Source of the DNA: the human T2T-CHM13v2.0 reference genome, Homo sapiens
NCBI RefSeq assembly: GCF_009914755.1
Contig: NC_060926.1
Direction: 5' to 3' (one strand)
Length of the DNA: 64,000 nucleotides
Under the pieces are notes generated by a model. That model was given only the letters and a program-made list of their open reading frames with translations, ran no database searches and was not told the DNA's origin. Made by a program: the position numbers and the translations under genes. Positions 43,886 through 54,722 of the stretch are shown here, piece by piece. Each line of letters begins with the position of its first letter. The first letter of the stretch is position 1.

Positions 43886-44850
43886 GGCCTGACGGCACTG
43901 ACTTGTGCCTGGGTATGGATGAAAATACTGAGGCCCAGTCTAGAATGTTCTGCAGTCCCCCTCCTCCCTTGCCAACCCTAGGTCCCTAGCCAACTTGCAG
44001 CCACCAGCCCCTCCCTACAACACAAGGCTGGTGGAAGCATGAGGGATTGGCTGTTCACTGTTTGAAAAAATGTAAGACATGTCTCAGTCTCTTGAAGTCT
44101 GTTTCCCAGCTGTGGATGTCAAATGGCTTTTCTGCGCTTGTGTGTGTGCATTTGCAGAAGGAGAAAGGCCACAGTGGTTGTGGCAGGGGGAAGGTGCTGT
44201 GGACACTTCCAGGGAAGTGGCAACATCATTTCTTTTCCTACCCATCCCATCTCTGACCAGCAGCTGCCTGGCGCCAGTCTCTCTCAGAAGACATTTTTTT
44301 TTGTTTTTGTTTTTTGTTTGTTTGTTTTTGTTTTTACTTGATCGTCAGAAATAGGCATGCATGTTCCGGGTTCTTTTTAACCTGAATTATGGGCTGAGGA
44401 GGAAATGAGCACTAACCTTTTAAGAAAAAAAAAAAACCCAAAGCTGTCATCCTAAAAAGCAGCTGTAAGAATGGAGGAAAGCCAGGAGGAAGACCCCGGA
44501 GGGGAGTTGAGCAGACTTAGAGAACTACTGACTGGATGATGAGGGCTATAGGTGTACCCAGCTGAGCCCCCCTACCCCATTTTAGGCCGGGAGAAATAGC
44601 ATGGTTAGGTACTCTAAACCAACAGCAAAGCTGGCCAAGCTGGGAATATATCTCTATCCTTACCAGAGAAATACAGACACCATGTAGTATAGTGGATAAC
44701 CATTCAGAATCAGGAACCAGACCACCTGGGTTCAAATCCCAGCTCCACTACTGAATAGGTACAGCAAACTGTGCCACCCTAAACCTTCAGCTGTCCTTTC
44801 TGGGAGGAAGATGAAGCTGTTGACAATAGCTCAGTAAACCTTGATGCAGC

Positions 44851-45305
<455 letters not shown>

Positions 45306-46474
45306 ACCTTACTTTCTTCTTCCTCTTTCCAATTCAGTTTTCTCACCTGTGTTATGGGGAGGATGGCAATGGCCCCTTCTCCATTATATTCTGAGGATTA
45401 ATCAGGGTGATGCATGCTAATTCACTCTCAGAACAGGTCTCTGCCTTTGTAGTGCTGTTTCCTACCACCTCCCTAGTTCGAATCATCAACTAAAAATTTG
45501 GTTGCTGTGACACCTGGTTGACAGACGCCTACTTGTAGACCACAAGATCTGAGGCTCCTTGGACTGCAGGAAGGTCTGCCAGAAAGTGTTGGCTCGACCT
45601 TTGTCTCTGGGGGTCTGTTGGCCAACACCAGGTGAGGACTTGGCACAGGTGCTCTCCGGACCCGTCTCCACTTAGAGAGCTCCCCCTGGGAGTCCTTCCT
45701 CTGCCTAACCCCATTCCTTCATGCTGCGTTAAGGGCACTTAGCCTCCTTCCCTGAAGATATATAGAGAAAAGGGGGCCCACCGCCCTCCACAGTGTAGAT
45801 GCCACAGGTGGGAAGGTGACACCTCACAGAGTAAGGGGCTGAGGTCCCCCTTACATCTGCCCCACTGTCCAGGGACCAGAGGTAAAGAGAGGCTCCTTGT
45901 TGTTTTCTGATGCCAAACTAGGATTTGGGGTTGTGACTCTGGTTCACATTTCTTGGTCCCTGGGAAGCAGCTGGCGATAACTGTACACATAGGAAATACA
46001 CACTGATGCACAAGTCCCTGGCTGAGAATCTCCAGCCAAGCTTCTTTTGGAGTTGGGGAAGGGGGAGCATGCTTAGTAGAAGTGTCTGTCTGTTCCTCAT
46101 ACATTCCCCAAATGAGAAGGTAATGGTGGGGGGATAGGTGGGGAGCAGCCTCTGGAGGAAGCACTGGGCAGCTTTTCTCCTGGCCACTTTCCCATCATGA
46201 CCCATCACAGCCAGTTCAGAACATTGCCAGCCACAGCCACATCCCCCCAAAGTTCTGCATGACCAGAAGGGGGCGGCAGGGAGGAAGTAGGGTTTACGCT
46301 TCTCTCCTGAGGCCCCGAAGAAGGTGCCCAGGCTCTGCTAGGGACCAAACAAGGGAGCCCTGTCTGTCAACGAAAGCTGAGACTCCCCTTTTTTGAGTCT
46401 TTGGGAGCAAAAGGAAAGAGTGGGGACAGCAGTTGCCTTCTCAGGTGAGAGAGGGGTTTGCTGGTAGCCATTAA

Positions 46475-46975
46475 CCATGTGCAGATACATACGGAACATC
46501 TGAAATGTGGCCCGGGGAACTGAGGAACCACATTTTAAAATTTATTTAATATTTATTTAATTTTAATTAGTTTAAATTTAAAAACAGATACTCAACTCAG
46601 TTATTGGAAAGATTTTAAAGTATGTTTGGAATGCCTCAGGTATGTGACTCTGCTTTTTCAACTGTAAATTTTATGAAATCTAAATACAGATCAAGTATTT
46701 CCAATGAAAATTTAGTGTCTGAATTGAGATGAGCTGTAAGTGTAAAAAACACCGGATTTCAAAGGCTAAATATGAAGGAAAGAATGTAAAATATCTCATT
46801 ATAATTGTTTTATTTTGAGCGTGTGGTGAAAGGATATTTTGGATATATTCAGTTAAAATGTATTATTACAATTAATTTCCCTGTTTTTTTTACCTTTTTA
46901 AAAAAGATGTGGCTACCAGAAAATTAAAAATGACAAATATGGCTTGTATTATGTTTCAATTGGAAGTGCTGTTCT
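46475..46975. mobile_element. Charlie1/MER33-related hAT transposon remnant
   Basis: AT-rich block: tgaaatgtggc...actgaggaac...aaatacagatcaagtatttccaatgaaaatttag...atgtggctaccagaaaatt. Confidence 0.65.
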
Positions 46976-49900
46976 AAATGATCTGGAAGAAGAGTCATCC
47001 TGGCTGAGGTGACAGAGGGGTGTCGCAGTCCCAGTTCGGGATAACTGGAACCCACATTAAACAACTCAGAGAATCAGCAGAGGTCATCTGAGGCCTGGCT
47101 CTGAGTGCAGATTCAGTGGGACCTTATTTTAGGCCAGGGAAAGGGGCCTGATGGTTTAGGTTGAGGGATCAAACATGAGATAACTGAGTTCGTTTAAAAT
47201 GTTCCTATAGTTCACCTGGCAGGTCTGACTTACCGGAAAAAGGGGCCTATCTTATCTGCCTCCTTCCTAAGCATCCCAGAAGGAGGAGCTGCCACGGCCT
47301 CCAGGATGTATTAGAATGGGTCTCAGCACTTCCTGCAGCACAACCAGAAGTCCCCAGCTGCCCTCTGGAAGCACATCTCTCCTCTCCTGCTGAAAGATCT
47401 GAGACACATCTGCCTATGAAAGAAAGCCAGGGGGCCCTCATGCTCTCTTCCTTATCAGCTTTGGTGGTATATGGTTTTCCTTCTCTCCTTCGGATGCAGA
47501 ACTTCCTAGTTACTGCACTCACCCCATCCAACCACACCCTCTCTCGATCTCTGCTTTCTGTTGGCACCACGTGAGGACTGTGCTGTTGGAAGCGGGCCAC
47601 TTCTGCACCATGTTCTTCAAGACTACAGGCCGCTGCACAGCTCAGAGGCAGCCAGGCCTGCCTGCCTCTCCACATCAGGAGAGCTTCCTGTCATGTAGAA
47701 AATGAGGTTTGGCGCATGGACCTGAAAGCTGGGGTGAACACCCCTCCTTCACACCCTCTTGGTCCTCTTTCTCTGACCAAACCACTAGCCTAAGCCAGGC
47801 TTGTATGCAAGACTGTGTAGAAAAAGGGACAGAAGTGAGTGTGAAAATAAGAGAGTGTGGCCCTCTCCACTTTGGGGCCGCTTCACTCCTTTTCCTACTG
47901 CCCCTAAAACAGAGCGCCTTCAGATTATGGGTTCTTATGTCATGGAGTGATAGCATCTGGCAGTGTTTGCCAAAGGCCTTACTGCAGGTTAGCCCAGGTC
48001 CAGGCATGAGCCCCAGTGACTAGCGAGAAAGCCAGGAATGGCTGAATGCAGTGCTGGAGCCCCTGCGGGAAAGAGCTGAGTCCCAGCCCCTTGTCTGTCT
48101 CTAACCCTGCTGCCACATCTTGGGCAAGTGACTTCCCACTCAGGGCCTCAGTATCCTCATTCTAAAACTAGGACCTTGACTGTGATGATGGCTATGGGTT
48201 CCTTCCAGCTTTAACATTATTTGGCCAATACCCAGACAATTCCTGGAGAGACACTAGGACTGAGCTAAGCTGAGTGGCCAGGCACTAACTAACTAACCTG
48301 GTTAGGTGCTCTAAACCAACAGCATAGTGGCCAAGGTGGGAATATAACCTCTCCTCCTCACAGAGATTTTCAGTCACTCCTCTGGATTTATATTTTTTAA
48401 AAAGAGAGAGAGAGAAATGACATCATAACAGAATTTATGGAAAGAAATGAAACTGGAAATAAAAGGGGGGGATTTCACTGGTATTGGGGGAGGGGAGTAG
48501 AAGCCTACACTGCCATCCTTGTTTATTTTATTATTTATTTTTGCAAGTATGTAATCAATGTGTAATCAGTCTTACTGTTTTGAATAACATGTCCTGATTG
48601 CAATTTAAGGATAGTCTCTGGGAATTGCAGCTTTTGGACCAACTGTAGAGAAAAAGCAAATGTAAAACTAAACAAACCCCTCCAAATCGCCTGCTTGACT
48701 CAACGCAGCCATTCTCCCACCCTCTTCCCTTCTGCTCTGGCCCCTGGTTGGTACCTGCTCTTTATGATCTTCTTCCAGTTTCTGGATGTAGTGGGTCTGG
48801 AGTGTGGTGATCTCTTCTCCAGAGTTTTATTTTCCACACACTAAATATCTTAAAAGTTTCATAGGCATTGCTCAGGTACAAAGTAGAAACTTTAGACAAG
48901 TATTACCTTCCCTTCCCGCTGGCTTCTTCTTCGCTCCATTAAGGGGGCCAGGGCTTCTGCAGGGAATTCCTGCTCCCATGCCCTTTGCTGTAACCCTCAC
49001 GATGACCTCTGGCTCCTAGGGTCAGGCTGGTCCACCCTCTGCAGCTGCAGGCCCACCTGCCTGCTCAAATCCAGCCCAAGCCCCGGGACTAACTCACAGC
49101 TGCTCTGACTTAAAACTCAAGCCCTCAGGGGATGCCTTAGAGTTGGGGTGGGGGGTCGGGGGGTGGATGGAGAAGGTCGGAGGGAAGAGTAGGAGGGAGG
49201 GGTGAGAAAGGGGAAAAAGAGAAATGGAAAGAATATGAGCTCTCACTAGGGCTAACTCTGCTTGTTCTTCCAGTCTGAGCTGACACAGCAGAAAGGTGGG
49301 GGAGGGGGGGCGGGGTGGGCGGGGGCGGGGGCGGTGGGCGGAGGTGGCGAGAAAAGTCCAGTTAAAGCCCCATCTCGTCTTCCCAACTCCCGTTTTGGTT
49401 GGCTCAGGGCACGCCATCCTCTCAAAGACTTGTTTCAGAGGGAGGGGGTGCGGGTGGGAAAGGAATTTGGCTCCTTCAGTTTTCCATGATCTTGCTCAAC
49501 CCAGACATAAATTTGGCCAATAAACCTAACTCTGGAACTCGACTTCAACATGGCATTTTAGACCAGGCTTGGAGTTGAAGCCAGGGTGATGGAGGCCAAA
49601 CCCCTCAAAGAAGCAAAGGCTGAATTCACTTTTATTTAGGTAATGCTTTTGCTTTCTTTTCCAGAAGCCTATTTTTTGTCCCACGGTGTCTCATTTCTTA
49701 ATGACAGAACCGAAAGCCAGAACCCACGGCTCCCTACATCTTAAACTGAATGTCTCACCAGCACAGAGGAGACCTACCCGAACCCCGGTATCTATGCTGG
49801 GGACCAGCCCATCAAACCTCATTCCCCACCAAAAATGCCCGAAAGCAAACCCAGTACTTCCTTGACTCCCTCCACTCACCGCTATTTACTGAGCTTTGCC

Positions 49901-50258
49901 CATCAAATAACTCCCGTCTTTCATCTCCCTCCAGCCTCACACACATTCTTTTTTCCGTATCTATCTCTGCTCCTGAACTGGCCAGAATGAAATGCAGAGC
50001 CAGGCTCGCTCTCAGCACCCTGCTCTCGGGCCCACTCCCTCTCCAGTTGCTCAGCAACAGCCTAGCAAAACACCCTCTCCTCCGCCCTCTCCTTTCCCTC
50101 CCAGAGGCTTTGGCTGCCTGCCACCTCACTCTCTTCTGCTCCCCATTTCTGATTCCAGAAATGCACCTTTTTTGGGTTCTACATGTTTGGTTACATATAA
50201 ATATATATAATATAGTATATACCATATATACAATATATAATTATATAGATATAATATG

Positions 50259-50260
<2 letters not shown>

Positions 50261-50306
<46 letters not shown>
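50261..50306. repeat. (GT)23 microsatellite, preceded by a TA-rich low-complexity tract at ~50192-50257
   Basis: Read directly. Confidence 0.97.
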
Positions 50307-50309
<3 letters not shown>

Positions 50310-50788
50310 CTGCAACTGCGGGAGGGAGGGGGCAAATCCATATCTGCAAGCTCAGATTTTGGCGGGGGTGGGGGAGAGGAGGGAGGTAGGAGGTGTGTTG
50401 GGAAGCAGGAATTTTGGCTAAAGGACCAAAAGGGCACTCTCCCTCTCTCTGTCCATTTCTCTCTCCTTAAGAACGGTCTCTACACCATCTCCAACTTTTT
50501 GGGGACCCGCCCAGTGGTTGTCCGGCTAAAACGCCCTTTCCAGGAGCGCCCACTCCCATCCCATCTGTTCGGGAAGAAGATGTCGGCACCAGCAGCGGTG
50601 GAGCGCCGCCAACCCGCAACAGCAGCCGGCCGGGCACCTGCCTCCGGCGGGGTGGAGTCGGAGAGGAGTGCTGGGGAGGGGGCGGGTAGAAGAGGCGGCT
50701 TCGGGTTGGCCCAAAGGCACTCAGAAGGTGGGGGTTGAGCAAGGGGCGGCAGGGAATTCTACAGGGGATCTTGCTTGGGACTGAAGTG

Positions 50789-50790
<2 letters not shown>

Positions 50791-50832
<42 letters not shown>
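50791..50832. repeat. (GT)21 microsatellite
   Basis: Read directly. Confidence 0.97.
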
Positions 50833-50834
<2 letters not shown>

Positions 50835-52479
50835 TGCGCCCTCCGTGCTCGCCTAGCAATTGCGCGCGCGTGCGCTCTGCGTGTACACCCTTCACACTAG
50901 CCACATCACACTACACGCTTGGTAAATAATAAGTGGAGCCAGGATGCGGCTGAGTGACACCTTACGTTCTTTCGGTGTGACTGGATTGTTACCCAGGGCG
51001 GTGGCTCCCAAGCCGGGAAATCAATTAATGTTTTCCTTCTCCGCTAGGCTTTTCCAAATCCACATCCCCCAAGATGAAGGCGGGCAGGACCGCCTTTGAA
51101 AAGTGGATCTTAATAAAAATAATCTCACAAGCCGGTCTCTGGGGTTCCCAGAGCCTGCACATCCTCCCCTTTTCCTCTTTTTGCAGGCTGCAACCTGCAA
51201 AAAGATCGACTTTTTGCAGGTTTGGAGATCGACTACCTCTTGCAAAGCTAGAGGGGCTGGCCCCTGCGCCACTCAAACCCTGCAGGGTTTGCGGGGACTG
51301 AGGCTGAACACAGGAAGCTCTCCGGCCTCCTGGCAAGCGCGGACGCACTCCTCTCCTGCACTATAGTGACTGAAATTTGCACTTCAGAAAACTCATGTTA
51401 GGGTGCTCGTGAGTAACGGAAAGGGACAGGGAGGGAGAAGGGGATTGCCCCCGTAACTAAACTGTCTCCGTAACTAAACTACGCCAAATAAACATTGTTT
51501 AGCCAAGTTTTAACCCCTTTTGGAGAGAATCAATAGCCAGTTTGACGTCTTAGAACCCAGACTTTTATGTAGTTTATTTAACTTTTTTTTTTTTTTAACT
51601 AAAGATCAGGTAACTCTTTCCAAAAAGAAACTCAGTCTAAGGGGGTAGAACTGTTCTGATTGAACAAGTAGCTGTGTCAATCATTTCAACCCTAGACTCC
51701 TGGCGCCGAGAATTTGGGGGCGGCGCAACCCGGGGGCGGGGCAAGCGGAGGCGAGGCTCCCAGTGCGTGGCTTTTCTGTCTCCGCCCCCTGAATTTTGCA
51801 TTCTGCGTTTCCAGGGCCCCTCATGCACTTAATCCACACCCACTTGTGATCTGGTTTAAGAGATTGGGGAGGGCGGGGTGGGGGGATTGCGGAGGGAGGA
51901 ATTGCGGGGCGGGGGTGGAGGTGGTGGTGGTGCCAGGAATCTGCATAGGCGAGGAAGTTGAAAGCTCTGAATCTCACATCCCCTTTTGCCTCCCAGCCCT
52001 ATGTCCACCTTTCATCCTAGGTAAAATCTGAATTGGAGAGGGGGAAAAGGAATTAGATTCAGAAACGAACACCAGGCACAGAATACCAAACCCTTCCTTT
52101 CTACTCTTCCCCACCCCCACCCCGCACCCCCGCACTCCTAAAGTATTTTTTTCCCTTCCTGGGATAAAATAAAAGTCATTTTGCAGTTAAATATGTTTTA
52201 CCATCTACCACAGGCAATCATCTTCAATAAAAAGCAATGGTTATGCACATGGGAGGGGCTTCAGGGCTCCCACCCGAAAGGCATTAGCTACCAAGGATGT
52301 GGGGTGTTTGTGGTGTGTGTGTAGGGGTGGAGGGATAGAAACGTCTGGAGGCACGGGGGTGGAGGGGCCAAGAGGGACAAAGGTGGAATTAGCTCAGAAG
52401 ATAGGTAATGCCTCTCTCTCCAGGCCGCAATTAAAATAATATCTTAACAAAAGAGATTTTTTTCCAAGTTCAGAAAAAA

Positions 52480-53720
52480 ACCTATGCGGGGCGCGAGGGG
52501 GGTGGAGGAGGGAGTTGATAATGTAACATACACTCTTTCAGACTGTAGATAGGGTACCAGGGGATTTGGACCTTGTGACCGAATAAGAGCTCAGAATCAG
52601 TATTCGGACAGAGTAGGGGGAGGGGGCGGGCAACGTGTGGGTAGGAGGAAGGAGAAAGAGCGAAAGCTGGGATAGACTCGGCTAGACAGTTCCCCCGGGT
52701 AGCAGGATCCTCCAGGGCTCCAATTCCGGGGTGCAAGGACCCTCCCCGACTACTCCCGAGCTGCACCCCAGCTCGAAGCCACTTGCTGCGCAAAGCGCGC
52801 GGGCCCAGCCGGTCTCGTGTCCCCCGCCCGTGCGCCGCGTAACTGACTGGCACACTGAGCGCGCTCACCGATCTTGACTTGCTCGCGGTAGCTCTTTTCG
52901 TTGAGGCAAACCCCGCGGCCGTGCAGCAGGGCGTGCAGCGGCTTCTCCTCGTCCTGCCGGGGGAGGCAGCGCAGCCCCTGGGCGCAGCGCTCGGTGTAGA
53001 CGCCGCACGACTGCCCCTCGGCCAGGGCGCAGGTCATGCAGCAGCCGCAGCCCGGCTCCTTGACCAGCTCGCAGCCCAGGGGGCTGGGGGGGCACATGGA
53101 GAGGGCTTTCTCGTCGCAGGGCTCGCAGTGCACGAAGGAGCCCAGGCTCTGGGCCGGCCCCGCATAGGCGGCCAGCAGCAGGAGGACCGCGGTGAGCAAC
53201 ACCATCTTCTCTTAGTCGCCCCCTTTACCTCGGGGTGGGGCAGGAGAGCGAGAGTGCAGGGATAAAGGGGCCAAGAGGGCCCCCGGAGATTTTTTTGTTT
53301 TTGTTTTTGTTTTAAAATTTCTGGCAGGTAGAGCAGGTGCCCTCCCCCAGACACTTGCAAAAATGTAGAGAGAGGTGGAGGGCTGGGGTGCCTGCGAGCA
53401 GGTCCCAGTTGCAAGAATTAAAGCCTTGCAACAGGTTGGGGGAAGCAGGGCAGCGCCAGGTGCACGCAGTGAGCGGAGGCCGGAGAAACCCTCAAGCCTG
53501 AGCGGGTCAGAATTATAGGGGAAAAAAAGCCACAAAATTGTTCACCCCCAAGCAACCACCGAAATAATGAGATCGGATGCAGTGGAGATGGCGTTGGGGG
53601 TGGGAGAGAAAAATGGATTTATCTTTAAAATTTTTGCTTAAAATCTAAAATACACCCCGCTTTCTAACCCTCAGCTGCCAGCGGTGCGCGGCGCCGCAGA
53701 ACAGGTAAGAGGCGTTGGCT
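52480..53720. promoter_or_regulatory. CpG island over IGFBP5 exon 1 and the start of intron 1
   Basis: Visibly dense CpG and high GC relative to CpG-depleted flanks; further CpG-rich patches near 50500-51000 and 51700-51960. Confidence 0.75.
52869..53205 (-). CDS. IGFBP5: IGFBP5 exon 1 coding part (signal peptide and IGFBP N-domain with GCGCC motif)
   Basis: ATG at 53205 in strong Kozak context (AAGATGG) with in-frame TAA at -9; [33 protein letters not shown]...[10 protein letters not shown]...YREQVKI; donor G|gtgagc; 337 nt. Confidence 0.98.
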
Positions 53721-53977
53721 GCAGCCGAGAGGGTGGGAGAAAATGTTGAAATCAAGAAATTAAAAAACAAAAACAAAAACAAAAAAACCCCAAACCCTAA
53801 CACCTCTTTTCTCCCACTTTGCCACCTCCTCTTCGAAATTCGCAGGTTCTACGCGAAGTCCGGAGAAGGGTGAAAACGGAGGAGGGGTAATGAAAAGGAG
53901 CAAAAAAGGGAAAAAGCCCACACTGCTTTGCAGCTCTTTCCTAGCTCTTTTCCCCTGCAGAAGTTTCCAAAGAGACT
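53206..53977 (-). other. IGFBP5: IGFBP5 5' UTR (~770 nt; TSS approximate)
   Basis: Lies between a position ~25-30 nt downstream of the TATA box and the start ATG; contains no ATG on the - strand. Confidence 0.8.
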
Positions 53978-54001
53978 ACGGGGCTCCGGGAGAGCAGGCG
54001 C

Positions 54002-54210
54002 TTTTAAATAGCCGGCCCCTGGCTGCCAGCCAGTTTGTAGCTGCAATTTGAGCTTCCCAACACCCAACTCAGGCAAGGATGCCAAGGAGCTTTGCAGTAC
54101 AAACTCACACGGGGTGGGGGTGGGGAGAGGCCTTCTAGACACAAGGGGGCTCCCCTTCGCTCCCTGAACAGCGCCCTCCTCCCCTCTGAACAGCGCCCTC
54201 CTCCCCCCGG
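54002..54210 (-). promoter_or_regulatory. IGFBP5: IGFBP5 proximal promoter: TATA box, CACCC boxes, 22-bp tandem duplication
   Basis: TATTTAAAA (cttttaaata 54001-54010); CCCCACCCCCACCCC at 54111-54125; duplicated ctgaacagcgccctcctcccc at 54164-54207. Confidence 0.8.
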
Positions 54211-54477
54211 AATGTAAGAAAGGGGCAAGGGGGACAGGCTGGGGCTACCGAGAATGGGGAGGAGGTGGAGGGGCCAGTGGAAGACAGAGTTCTTCGGAGC
54301 AGGGTGAACACAATGAGGAGAGTAACTTCGTCTCCCCTTCCCTCCTATCCTTTAAGTAGTCAAGGCACAGGCTGAAGGGAGACGTATTTTCTTATTAGCC
54401 AACTGGATATACCGTGCCCAAGAAATCTTCCTAAGCTTCTGCAATTGACTGTATGCTGGTGTCTGTTTCCATGTGGG

Positions 54478-54722
54478 GTGTGTGTGTGTGTGTGTTTGGG
54501 GGACAGGTAGTGTAGAATGGCCAGTGATGTCTGGTGAGCTAAATTTAAAAAAGAAGAAAAAATTGAATTTCTCCCCTAAAAGTCTGGAGAAGAGGATTTA
54601 ATCAGGGGGTTTCAGTACTCATGATGAAGAGGTGACCAGTTGCCTTCAGCTGCGTTGGCCAGGGAGGTTCTCTCTCTCTTTCTCTCTCTCTCTGTGTGTG
54701 TGTGTATGTGTGTGTGTTGTGT
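54478..54722. repeat. Short (GT)n at ~54478-54495 and compound (CT)n(GT)n at ~54668-54722 upstream of the IGFBP5 promoter
   Basis: Read directly. Confidence 0.85.

Noticed and set aside
49750-50421. 223-aa + strand ORF and neighbouring VCVC/HTHT ORFs
   Set aside because: Held open by TA and GT microsatellites; no recognisable domain.
53034-53535. Apparent upstream/overlapping ORFs in the IGFBP5 leader
   Set aside because: They start at TTG or GTG, not ATG; there is no evidence for near-cognate initiation.
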